A stretch of 64,000 nucleotides of DNA from Planctomycetota bacterium. Lineage in GTDB: Bacteria; Planctomycetota; GCA-2746535. The stretch covers positions 1 to 64,000 of the forward strand of contig NVWA01000016.1 in assembly GCA_002746535.1 (NCBI GenBank). The letters run 5' to 3'. This document shows, one piece after another, positions 1 through 8,923 of this stretch. The translations under genes and the position numbers were made by a program. Position 1 is the stretch's first letter. Each line of letters begins with the position of its first letter. The notes under the pieces were generated by a model, which had not been told where the DNA came from, ran no database searches, and was given only the letters and a program-made list of their open reading frames with translations.

Positions 1-355
1 GTACATAATTAAAGGCAACATCTTTGTCGATGTAGTTTATTAATGTCGAATTATACGAAGTTCCATAAATAGGCCTTCTCGATTGAATTTGGATTGTTCC
101 CCTAAAGGCATCTGTAGATGCCCGCTCAGTTATATTAATCATGATACTACATTCGATTCTTTCTTCAGATTTAAAAATATCACTTGTCCATTTCCGGGTG
201 TTTATAAACTCATAAATAGACTTTTGCATGGCCTGAAAAACTGTTTTATCTCCCTGTATTTTTTGAGATATTACCTGAACATTGCAATTTAATTCTTGAG
301 ACTGGACAGTAAGAGCAATTAATGTAAGAGCAAATATGAGTAAGTATTTAGTCAT
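1..355 (-). CDS. DUF4835-like secreted protein (3' end beyond window edge)
   Basis: Minus-strand ORF starting at ATG 355..353 (ATGA overlap with the coaB stop) and open to position 1. My own translation gives MTKYLLIFALTLIALTVQSQELNCNVQVISQKIQGDKTVFQAMQKSIYEFINTRKWTSDIFKSEERIECSIMINITERASTDAFRGTIQIQSRRPIYG..., a signal peptide followed by the conserved pattern I recall for Bacteroidota DUF4835. It is missing from the ORF track because no stop falls inside the window. Confidence 0.5.
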   Translation of the reverse strand, partial: MTKYLLIFALTLIALTVQSQELNCNVQVISQKIQGDKTVFQAMQKSIYEFINTRKWTSDIFKSEERIECSIMINITERASTDAFRGTIQIQSRRPIYGTSYNSTLINYIDKDVAFNYV

Positions 356-906
356 CAAATAAGCGATTCTATTGAGTTAAGTATATCCTGTGCTACATCA
401 AACTTGCTCTTTAACTCAAAATCTGTGCAATTATTTTGTTTATCGATGATGGTTATCTTATTCGTATCGCTTTTAAACGTGGCATCTTTGTCGTTTAATG
501 AATTGAGTACAATCAAATCAAGGTTCTTTGATACCAACTTCGACTTCGCATTTTCTAATTCATTGTTGGTTTCCAGGGCAAATCCAACCAGGATTTGCTT
601 TTGTTTGGCTGCACCAAGGTTTTTTAAAATATCTGTCGTTTTTTCCAATTCAATAGACATTGTTGCACCATTCTTCTTTATTTTTTCAGTGGCCTGTACT
701 TTTGGTTTATAGTCGGCCACGGCAGCGGACATGATTGCGATATCTGCCTTTGCAAAATTTGCCGTGCATGCTTCCAACATTTGATCGCCACTTGTTACAT
801 GAACGACTGTTATTGATTGGCAATCTACTGTTTCGTTCGTAGGGCCAGTTACTAAAGTAACTTCCGCTCCCCGAATAGCTGCTGCTTCTGCTAAAGCAAA
901 ACCCAT
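355..906 (-). CDS. coaB: phosphopantothenate--cysteine ligase (CoaB domain), stand-alone; true start probably upstream (up to about 1011)
   Basis: GAEVTLVTGPT and the overall CoaB fold pattern are present. The same frame, upstream of the first ATG, encodes FVFLRICGNGYEKIDPVRFIGNFSSGKMG, which is the conserved CoaB N-terminus. No CoaC domain lies upstream. Confidence 0.8.
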   Translation of the reverse strand: MGFALAEAAAIRGAEVTLVTGPTNETVDCQSITVVHVTSGDQMLEACTANFAKADIAIMSAAVADYKPKVQATEKIKKNGATMSIELEKTTDILKNLGAAKQKQILVGFALETNNELENAKSKLVSKNLDLIVLNSLNDKDATFKSDTNKITIIDKQNNCTDFELKSKFDVAQDILNSIESLI

Positions 907-1250
907 TTTTCCGGATGAGAAGTTTCCAATAAAACGTACCGGATCAATTTTTTCGTAGCCATTGCCGCATATTCTGAGGAAGACGAACTTGTTGAAGATG
1001 AATCATTGCTACTACTATCTGACGACGAGCTACTACTGGAATCTTCACCAAGGCCACCTGTAGGTTCTGAGGAAGAGGTATCATCGCGAGTTCCATCAGA
1101 AGAATTTTCGGTTGCACTAGATCTAGTTGTTGGTCCAGTACCTTCATCATCACCACATCCAACAATCAATAAAAATGAAAATAATAGTGCTGTCGTAGGT
1201 AAAAATATATTAATTTTATGCATAAATGATCCAAACATATAAAGTTGCAT
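891..1250 (-). CDS. small Ser-rich lipoprotein (low complexity)
   Basis: N-terminal signal peptide with lipobox LIVGC, followed by an S/D/T-rich low-complexity stretch. The 3' tail overlaps the coaB N-terminal region in another frame. Confidence 0.35.
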   Translation of the reverse strand: MQLYMFGSFMHKINIFLPTTALLFSFLLIVGCGDDEGTGPTTRSSATENSSDGTRDDTSSSEPTGGLGEDSSSSSSSDSSSNDSSSTSSSSSEYAAMATKKLIRYVLLETSHPEKWVLL

Positions 1251-1335
1251 TCAAATAGCGAATGACTAAGATTGCCTAACTATTCAAATTGAAGTAGCTT
1301 AAGCTACCTATCAAAACGTATTATCTCAAAGAATT

Positions 1336-1902
1336 ATGAATATATTCTCAATTTTTCGCAAAAAACCCAAAAAGTCTATCGTCAATTTATCATTTGAAAA
1401 GTGCTCTAAAATAAACCATATAGGCGAAGAACTAAAAACACTCATACATCCCAAAATCGATGACGTATTAAAGGCAAATTATCAGGAAGAAATAGAGCTA
1501 CCTCATTTCATTGACAAAAAAGAAAATGCAAAAAGCGTTTTTGAAGCTGCCTGTATTGGATCCTCAATTGTAGACTTAATTACATTAATTGAACATAATC
1601 AACTTGAATCAAAATTGGTAAATGAATGCTTAACCTATTTCAAAGAAATTTATGGCTCTGAAGAAACCGGATGCATTTACAATCATGCCATGAAATATCT
1701 TCAAGAATATAAAAGTTTTAAAGAATCACCGGAAGCTGAAAAAATCAATGATGAAGACCTTGTAAAAATTAGTTTTACAGGGGCTTGGATAATTCGCTAT
1801 TATCTTGGGAATGAGACTACTATTTATTTCGAATCTTCCCTAGAAATGGGGCGTAAAGTAAATGACCAAATAAAAAATATTTGGTTAGCAGAAACCAATT
1901 AA
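1336..1902 (+). CDS. hypothetical protein
   Basis: 188-aa ORF with no recognisable motifs. It converges on the heparinase-like gene with a 4-nt overlap. Confidence 0.35.
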   Translation: MNIFSIFRKKPKKSIVNLSFEKCSKINHIGEELKTLIHPKIDDVLKANYQEEIELPHFIDKKENAKSVFEAACIGSSIVDLITLIEHNQLESKLVNECLTYFKEIYGSEETGCIYNHAMKYLQEYKSFKESPEAEKINDEDLVKISFTGAWIIRYYLGNETTIYFESSLEMGRKVNDQIKNIWLAETN

Positions 1903-3782
1903 TTGTATTCATAGGAAATCGTAAACCTTTTTTCTAAATTATTTATTTTACCATTTAATTTGTACAAAGGGCTGGTCCAACTACGTTTCAATGTCTGATC
2001 TACTATAGGAACTTCTATAACTTCAAATTTCATATTTCTATCACTAACCGTCATTTTTAAATCTGGCAAACTCAAAAGTTTAATGGAACCGTCATTTTCG
2101 AGTATTGGTTTGTTCTGACAATAGAAATTGATTTCTAATTCATTATTGTCTTTGTTAAATTCAAATTTATCAGTAACGATGGCTTTGCCTTCTTCATGCA
2201 GAAAAGTTAAATGCCTTTGAAATGATTTCAACTGACTCTCTTCGGAATATAAATCTTTCAACTCCATATTTAATTCTGAAGAATTATCATCAAATGAATG
2301 CACAACATTCTTGGAACTAAATTCCTTATCTCTAAATTTATCCTTCGGAAGTTGTTCACAACCATTAATCGTAGGAATATTATGGCCCGATGACCTCATA
2401 AAATCTAGTGTATATCGTTCTGAAGAAAAAGTGATTTTACTGTAGGTCTCAACACCAACATCTAAAACACAAGGTCGACCCTCTGAATATAATATAAAAT
2501 GCCCAACGTCATTGTGATTATGATTTTCACCATTATGACCTGCTTTCATGGCACAGAATAATCCTTTATCAGGATTATTACTCTCACGACAAAATATAAT
2601 TTCAGTATCAGTATACCAAATTTGCTTTTTCTTATTAAATTTGATTTCCTCTTTTGACGCTTTGAACCAAAAAAGATCTCTCAACATTAAATTTAAAACG
2701 GGAGAACCAATAGGAATCTCATCAACAGAATTCTGTTCATTCCATTTTAAAGCATTCATCACAACAATTTTTTGCATTTCCTCTTGACCAGTCATTTCAC
2801 CTAGACGATAAGTCAGTCCCTTATCAGGATTAGCTTTCACACCGGCATCCGCAAAATTAATAAAATATTCTTTACTGATATGAGCATCAGCAATAAAATT
2901 GGCCATGCGTTTTATTTTAGGATCATCATAGATATTAATCTCACCGCGACTACGATCTCTTAAATACTCTAAAAAAATTGTCATGACACCAGGTGATACA
3001 CCCCAATAATTTGGACCCTCATCACAACCACCATCATCTGCATAGTTATCATAATAACGGTCGAAAACTTCAAAGAGCTTCACCACTATCACTGATAATT
3101 CACCAGGATCATCCAAGGTATGCATCGCTGCTCCAAGAATATTACTAGAACACCAAATTGCCCAGTTGTTATGCCCATCCTTCCAACCAATACAATGGTC
3201 AGTTGAAAAAACATCAAGAACTCTACGCTTAATTTCTTTTTTTATACGAAAACATAAATTAGGAGAAAATTCAAATAACTTTTCTTTTAATAGATAATAC
3301 GCTTCTCCAATGATGTTGGCCGTTTGACAAGAAAATAAATCAGCAATCTCTTCGTTCGAATCCGGCAAGGGGTCACCTTCATGTTTAAAATGGTGAGCTG
3401 GCACACACCAAGAAGTCTCTTCTAAAATTGACCAGAATCCATTGAGGATGTCATTAAAAAAACGACCATCATATTCAAAACACTCTGCCATAACTAATTC
3501 AGCAAATCTTTCTCTTCGATCAAAATACATCGTTTCATAATTAGTACGATTTCCGTTGGTGACAAACTCCATATATAAATGAGCTGGCAAAACAGGCCAA
3601 TCTTTATTTAGATGTTTCTCAGCACGCTCAATCATATTCTTTTTTCGAAATTGATTTAGGGGCTTTTCTAATAATTTATGCCATGCATCTCTATTACTTG
3701 CTTTCGCAAATGGCTCCCAATCAGCAATAGGCATAAGTAGTTCGTTTAATTTAGCCGCATCATATTTTTCACAAAACATCAT
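1899..3782 (-). CDS. heparinase II/III-like protein (polysaccharide lyase family)
   Basis: HNGENHNHNDVGHFILYSEGRP motif (HxHxDxGxF) and a C-terminal beta-sandwich typical of the Hepar_II_III family. Confidence 0.7.
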   Translation of the reverse strand: MMFCEKYDAAKLNELLMPIADWEPFAKASNRDAWHKLLEKPLNQFRKKNMIERAEKHLNKDWPVLPAHLYMEFVTNGNRTNYETMYFDRRERFAELVMAECFEYDGRFFNDILNGFWSILEETSWCVPAHHFKHEGDPLPDSNEEIADLFSCQTANIIGEAYYLLKEKLFEFSPNLCFRIKKEIKRRVLDVFSTDHCIGWKDGHNNWAIWCSSNILGAAMHTLDDPGELSVIVVKLFEVFDRYYDNYADDGGCDEGPNYWGVSPGVMTIFLEYLRDRSRGEINIYDDPKIKRMANFIADAHISKEYFINFADAGVKANPDKGLTYRLGEMTGQEEMQKIVVMNALKWNEQNSVDEIPIGSPVLNLMLRDLFWFKASKEEIKFNKKKQIWYTDTEIIFCRESNNPDKGLFCAMKAGHNGENHNHNDVGHFILYSEGRPCVLDVGVETYSKITFSSERYTLDFMRSSGHNIPTINGCEQLPKDKFRDKEFSSKNVVHSFDDNSSELNMELKDLYSEESQLKSFQRHLTFLHEEGKAIVTDKFEFNKDNNELEINFYCQNKPILENDGSIKLLSLPDLKMTVSDRNMKFEVIEVPIVDQTLKRSWTSPLYKLNGKINNLEKRFTISYEYN

Positions 3783-3974
3783 TTATCCTATACAGTTAAA
3801 AATAAATCATTATCGACAATATCACACAATAATTATATTACTAATAGCTTAAGTGATAAAAAATATTATGAGATAAGAGATGCAATGAATACTCATATTC
3901 TCAGCAATGACACGCTTAAAAGTAATCTCCTGGGGTTAATGATTTAATCCCCAGCAGACCTGAGCGCTATGTGC

Positions 3975-5738
3975 TCAGTCTTTAAAATTAAACTGCAAAT
4001 AACGCTTTCTTTTTGCTTCTTTAAAATGATCAATATTTAATAATATTAGACCATCAATTGTATTGAATTCTTTGTCTACATCAAAATCAAGAAAACTAAC
4101 ACCTTCTGTCTCACACAGCTCAGTATATTGCTTGAAAAGCATAGGCAATCTAACACCCATTGTTTTGAGCTCTTTCTGCAATGCTCTAACATTAGTGGAA
4201 TAATCACTTTCATTCAATTTTTCTTGAATTATTTTTTTAGACTCATCATTTACTTGATACTGATTGATAGCCCTTGCATAATTATCCTTTGCACCAAGAT
4301 GAAACTTAAAAAAGGCAACAATTAGTTGATGAGCTTTTTCTGGGATCTGATTACTTACGCTAACAGGACCAAATAAATATTTTATTTCTGGGCGACTTTT
4401 TAAACAAGCACCAATGCCATACCATAAATATTCTAACCCACGTTTACCCCAATACTTTGGTTGTATAAATGCTCTTCCTAGCTCCATGCCATTATCAAGA
4501 AACTCAGCGGAGCATTCTTGATAATTAAAAAATTCTGATGTGTATAGTCCTTTAATTCCTTTGTTTTTTATAATATCATGAACCATTCCCAATCGATATG
4601 CTCCAATTATTTCTAATTCTTCTTCGTCCCATAGAATTAAATGTTTGTAATACTGATCGTAGGGATCTGTATCTATCGACTCCCCAGTGCCTTCATCCAC
4701 ACATCTAAAGGCACATTCTCTTAATCGACCTAACTCTTTAATGACAGGAGAATTAGGAGTGTAATCATATAAATATATTTTCTTAGATTCACCTATTAAA
4801 CCGATCAATTCAGCATTTTTTAATTCTGATTTCAAATCTCGACGGTCTACAGAAGAGCAGATACTCTTAACTGTTTCAAAAGGTATATCACCAGAATTTA
4901 TTTTAGAAATTTGATAAACAATTTTTTTGAGTGCTTTGGTTGTTTTCTCAGACGACATTGATGTTTTTTTGATCTCCCTATACGGAATCATTTCACTCAC
5001 TTTTATGCGAATTTCTTTATTGGTCTTCTTTAACAATTCACCCGGCAACATTGCTTTACCAATTTTTTTATTGATAAAGGACATCATATAAAATCCTGGT
5101 GAATTTTTGGCATCAATATAAACTGGCAAAATTGGTGCATTTGTTTTTGCAGCAATTTTTAAAAAGTCATCATTCCACTTTTGGTCTAAGACTCCTCTCC
5201 AACTAAAATTGGAAACAAAACCTGCTGGAAATACAATTAAAGCCTCATCATTGGAAACAACTTCAATCGCTAAATCCAAGTTCATTTTAGATGAAATAAC
5301 TGAACTCTTCATGGAAGGTATTTTTTCTAATATTTCATTTGATAATATTTTAACATCCTGCCTAACTTCTTGGACAGCTCTCAGTAAACATAAACCATCA
5401 ATCGATCCAAGCGGATGATTTGCAACGATAATAACTTTTCCAGTTGAAGGGATATTTACGCGATCTTTACAACTCATACAATAAGAAAAGTTTAAGTACT
5501 CAAATGCCTCATCAATAAATTCGGTCGATGTTTTATCAATATGATTATTTAAGAATTCATTGATTTCTTTTTCATGAATTAATTTTTTCAATGTCTTTTG
5601 AACAATTGAATTTCTTCGCCCTTCACTTTTTGGCAACCCAGGAAATTTAATGGTCAAAAAATCTGAAATATTTAATATCGGTTCCGGCTCATTGCTAGTG
5701 ACTTCATTGCTTCTTTTCATTAACCTTGTTGTCGACAT
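3975..5738 (-). CDS. bifunctional acyltransferase, OlsF-like (N-terminal PlsC-like O-acyltransferase plus C-terminal OlsB/hemolysin-like N-acyltransferase)
   Basis: N-terminal half carries VIIVANHPLGSIDG and FPAGFVSN (PlsC-like motifs I and III). C-terminal half carries ELGRAFIQPKYWGKRGLEYLWYGIGA, resembling the OlsB / Acetyltransf_5 family. Confidence 0.5.
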   Translation of the reverse strand: MSTTRLMKRSNEVTSNEPEPILNISDFLTIKFPGLPKSEGRRNSIVQKTLKKLIHEKEINEFLNNHIDKTSTEFIDEAFEYLNFSYCMSCKDRVNIPSTGKVIIVANHPLGSIDGLCLLRAVQEVRQDVKILSNEILEKIPSMKSSVISSKMNLDLAIEVVSNDEALIVFPAGFVSNFSWRGVLDQKWNDDFLKIAAKTNAPILPVYIDAKNSPGFYMMSFINKKIGKAMLPGELLKKTNKEIRIKVSEMIPYREIKKTSMSSEKTTKALKKIVYQISKINSGDIPFETVKSICSSVDRRDLKSELKNAELIGLIGESKKIYLYDYTPNSPVIKELGRLRECAFRCVDEGTGESIDTDPYDQYYKHLILWDEEELEIIGAYRLGMVHDIIKNKGIKGLYTSEFFNYQECSAEFLDNGMELGRAFIQPKYWGKRGLEYLWYGIGACLKSRPEIKYLFGPVSVSNQIPEKAHQLIVAFFKFHLGAKDNYARAINQYQVNDESKKIIQEKLNESDYSTNVRALQKELKTMGVRLPMLFKQYTELCETEGVSFLDFDVDKEFNTIDGLILLNIDHFKEAKRKRYLQFNFKD

Positions 5739-6148
5739 ACTTATTCTCCTTTTTTAAATAATACTCATGAGGGTATTCATTCACCCTTTTGTTATATAAC
5801 AATCGACATGCCACCATTCAAATGAATTTATAAACATATAAACCGCAATGGTTTACAATTAAATAGCTAAAGTGAACGTTTCGAACTGTACAAATTTTGA
5901 TCGACTAAAACATCAAATGTACAATGCCTACATTAGGATTTTAAACATAACTGGTACGGGTAATTAGATATAGGATTTCAACTTAGTTCAAAATAAATCC
6001 ATGGCAGGGACAAACAATCAAACAGCAGTATCTGTAATTTTTATTAAAAAGAATAATCATCGATGATGAACCTAACTAATATTCAAATCGTACTTATAAT
6101 AAAGATTCCATTTTAGAATTAAATTTTACCTTTTTATATAGGATTATT

Positions 6149-6985
6149 ATGGGTAGTAAAAAAATGTCTGATAAAAAAAGATTTCTCATAATATTTTCTA
6201 TCCTTCTGACGTGTGTCTATTTACTAGCTTTATCAGGATTATACTTCTTACAAGAGAAAATGATTTTTCTAAACGTAAGAACAAATCAAGAAACAGCGAC
6301 CCAACTTAATACACTTTTCCCAAAATCAGAATTGTTTATTGAGACAGAGGGTGCTATTTCACTACATGGTTGGCATCTGCCAAAGAAGAATTCTGAAATT
6401 CTAAATATATGTTTTAATGGTAATGGTGATGAAGCGACACAAGTTGCTTACTTTTGGCATCAAACTTTAAAAGGGGCGATTGTAACCTTTAACTATCGTG
6501 GTTACGGGAAAAGCACCGGTAAATCTAGTCAAGAAAAATTGTTTAATGATGCCCTTTTAATATTTGATACTATCAAGGCTAAATATCCACAATATAAAAA
6601 GATCTACATTATTGGCAGAAGCCTAGGTACGGGCATAGCTTGTCATTTAGCTTCCAAAAGAGACTGTGCAGGTCTTCTATTGATTAGCCCCTACGACAGC
6701 ATTCTAAATATCAGTAGGCAGAACTACCCCATTTTCCCGGTTAAATTATGTTTACGTCATCCGTTTGATTCGCAATTACTGGCTGATAAAATTGAAGAGC
6801 CAACATTTTTTATCGCTGCAAAAAATGATTCTTTAATACCCATTAGCAATTCTCTAAACCTATATAACCAATGGCAAAGTAAAAAAGAAATCCACTATGT
6901 ACCAAATGCTGGCCACAATAATATTTTCCAAAAAAATGAATTCTTAACTTTTCTTAAAGATTTTTATATATTCGCTGAAAAATAG
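6149..6985 (+). CDS. alpha/beta hydrolase with N-terminal TM anchor
   Basis: GRSLGTG nucleophile elbow (GxSxG), NAGHNN His region and an N-terminal hydrophobic helix. Confidence 0.7.
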   Translation: MGSKKMSDKKRFLIIFSILLTCVYLLALSGLYFLQEKMIFLNVRTNQETATQLNTLFPKSELFIETEGAISLHGWHLPKKNSEILNICFNGNGDEATQVAYFWHQTLKGAIVTFNYRGYGKSTGKSSQEKLFNDALLIFDTIKAKYPQYKKIYIIGRSLGTGIACHLASKRDCAGLLLISPYDSILNISRQNYPIFPVKLCLRHPFDSQLLADKIEEPTFFIAAKNDSLIPISNSLNLYNQWQSKKEIHYVPNAGHNNIFQKNEFLTFLKDFYIFAEK

Positions 6986-6989
6986 TAAT

Positions 6990-7014
6990 GTAAAAAGCTG
7001 AAAGCTTTTTTTAC
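6990..7014. terminator. bidirectional rho-independent terminator hairpin between convergent genes
   Basis: GTAAAAAGC-tgaaa-GCTTTTTTTAC: a 7-9 bp stem flanked by an A-run and a T-run, sitting between the stops at 6985 (+) and 7016 (-). Confidence 0.5.
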
Positions 7015-7015
7015 A

Positions 7016-7720
7016 TTAAGAAGATAGAATTTCTTTTTTCTTATCTTCTAATAGTTTGTACTCAGATTCTTCAAGGGGTTGCCTAAGGGTCTCATCAATT
7101 AACTCTATCGCCATTTCTACATCTTTTAATTGTAAAAAAGAAATGTCGGCTGCTTTTAGAGTCACTGCTACTTTTAAAGAATCATTCGTCGCAAATTCTA
7201 AAGATTCTTCATACGCACCTACGGCCTCTTCATATTTATTTAAACCATTGTAAGCGTCACCAAGATAAGATAATAAAATAGAGTTACTCTGGACAATAGT
7301 CCATTTAGCTTTTAAGTGATTAAATACTTTTTTCCAATTCTCATGCTGAATCTCCACATCCACAAATTTTATAAACCGATTTATATCTGGTTCACTAAAC
7401 GAGCTAAGCATTATATACCGTGCCAAAATTGAAGTTAACAAAGAGATATGAACAACAACAGCTGACCATAATAAAATAAAACCTATTATTTTAACTACAC
7501 CGAACATATTGCCATTCTTTAAGTCTTCCAAACCAACATTCAGCAACATGTTAATATCAAAATCTTGTAATGATGGAAATCTATTAGAATAAATAAGCGT
7601 AAAGAAAAAAAGACCTACAAAAAACCAATCAAATAAAAATTTTACTAAAAAAGCACCTGAGTCAGTGCCCATAAAATATTTTCGTATTTGGAAAAATGCT
7701 CTGATTGCGAGAACTATCAT
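7016..7720 (-). CDS. membrane protein with C-terminal TPR-like repeat
   Basis: Three or four N-terminal hydrophobic helices and a TPR-like LGDAYNGLNKYEEAVGAYEESLEFA segment. Confidence 0.4.
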   Translation of the reverse strand: MIVLAIRAFFQIRKYFMGTDSGAFLVKFLFDWFFVGLFFFTLIYSNRFPSLQDFDINMLLNVGLEDLKNGNMFGVVKIIGFILLWSAVVVHISLLTSILARYIMLSSFSEPDINRFIKFVDVEIQHENWKKVFNHLKAKWTIVQSNSILLSYLGDAYNGLNKYEEAVGAYEESLEFATNDSLKVAVTLKAADISFLQLKDVEMAIELIDETLRQPLEESEYKLLEDKKKEILSS

Positions 7721-7728
7721 AATTTTTC

Positions 7729-8637
7729 TTAGTTATTATCTTGATGTATGATTAATATTATTCCAAAACCATCTTTGGTCGTAACGATATATACAAAATC
7801 ATTACAATTATTCAAACAATACTCGAAACCTAAAATTGGTCCTAAAGATTTTAATTCAGGAACAACGGCAGTTACCTTCTCAAGATTTATACAAGTATTT
7901 AATTCGTTGCTGCTAGTGGAATCCGAATAATGAAATATTTTTTCAGGCAAATCACCCATTGAATTTTTGGCACAATCAATTAAATCGCTCCTATTCTCAC
8001 TTTCAGACAACCATGGCTTTCCTCTGCCTAAAGAAAATTTTACAGAAAATGAAAACGAATTATCAAATGGTATTTTTGAAACTACTCCCAAAACAGCCTC
8101 TTCAATAAATGATGAATCAAGAGATCTAATTCTCTCACCAGTTCCAAATATCATCAAATCTTGTTCTTTAGTTTCCAGAGCCAATATAGAATCTAAAAAT
8201 GTAACCAGGCCAATTGAAGCATCTCCGTTATAACCAGCTGAGACACCTTGAAATTCATGCTCTATTGCTAATACCGCGCTCCCAGTGTTATGAATAGTTC
8301 TTGGTATCGTCAAAGGGGAAACGCGTTTCAAACCACTTCCATAAAACTTCTTCCCTTGCTTGAAATATTCATGGAAACCGCCTGATTCGCTACCGAGTAA
8401 AATTCCAACTCGTTTATTGTCAGGAGAAGTGTTTGAGGAAAATAAATTAGCATGAATAGCAATTTGATCTAATGCTAAATACTGTAACGGGGAAAATGAA
8501 AAACCCCGTTGCTTTATATTGCGTGGAATAGAGAAAATAATTTCATCGGATATTTTGTTGATCATACCCGATGAATTAATTGAATTGTATTGTTGATTCT
8601 GATTGAAATATAGATCAGAAAACTTTAAATAATACAA
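7729..8637 (-). CDS. beta-ketoacyl synthase-like protein, N-terminal domain only, catalytic Cys absent
   Basis: RVSPLTIPRTIHNTGSAVLAIEHEFQGVSAGYNGDASIG...IFGTGE aligns with the FabF stretch KISPFFVPSTIVNM...GPSISIATACTSG...VAGGAE, but the active-site Cys is replaced (GDAS). There is no C-terminal His-His half. Confidence 0.45.
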   Translation of the reverse strand: MYYLKFSDLYFNQNQQYNSINSSGMINKISDEIIFSIPRNIKQRGFSFSPLQYLALDQIAIHANLFSSNTSPDNKRVGILLGSESGGFHEYFKQGKKFYGSGLKRVSPLTIPRTIHNTGSAVLAIEHEFQGVSAGYNGDASIGLVTFLDSILALETKEQDLMIFGTGERIRSLDSSFIEEAVLGVVSKIPFDNSFSFSVKFSLGRGKPWLSESENRSDLIDCAKNSMGDLPEKIFHYSDSTSSNELNTCINLEKVTAVVPELKSLGPILGFEYCLNNCNDFVYIVTTKDGFGIILIIHQDNN

Positions 8638-8658
8638 AAAATATTTTGTAACTTAGAA

Positions 8659-8889
8659 CTATTTACTAGCTTCTTCAATATATTTTATGGCTCCGCCAAC
8701 AGTACCAATATCGTTTTCTTCTTCTGAAATTTCTACATCAAATTCTTCTTCAAACTCCATAACCAATTCTGCTTGGTCAAGAGAGTCGGCACCCAAATCA
8801 ACGAATGTTGCTTCAAGGGTACATTGTTCTTTTTTAACATTTAATTTTTCACAAATGATATCAATTACTTTGTCTTTAACATCAGCCAT
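8659..8889 (-). CDS. acpP: acyl carrier protein
   Basis: 76 aa with the LGADSLD phosphopantetheine attachment motif; acidic. Confidence 0.9.
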   Translation of the reverse strand: MADVKDKVIDIICEKLNVKKEQCTLEATFVDLGADSLDQAELVMEFEEEFDVEISEEENDIGTVGGAIKYIEEASK

Positions 8890-8923
8890 TCTGCTTTGCT
8901 CCTCTTTGCTTTTAAAAATAGGT

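Noticed and set aside
83-292. A 69-aa plus-strand ORF at the window start.
   Set aside because: It lies antisense within the DUF4835-like gene that runs off the window edge on the minus strand.
404-712. Many 60-190-aa ORFs on the strand opposite to long conserved genes, for example 404..712, 2548..2787, 22166..22582, 28232..28480, 40236..40802 and 60305..60676.
   Set aside because: Each lies entirely inside a longer ORF that has clear homology on the other strand. They have low-complexity composition and no motifs, so they are shadow ORFs.
1003-1014. The possibility that TGA is a sense codon (an alternative genetic code), which would explain the coaB start problem.
   Set aside because: TGA is used as the stop of well-conserved genes, for example coaB itself (ATT TGA at 355..357) and the alcohol dehydrogenase (TCG TGA at 16167..16169). 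Very long ORFs such as the 1760-aa and 921-aa ones are uninterrupted in the standard code, which fits code 11.
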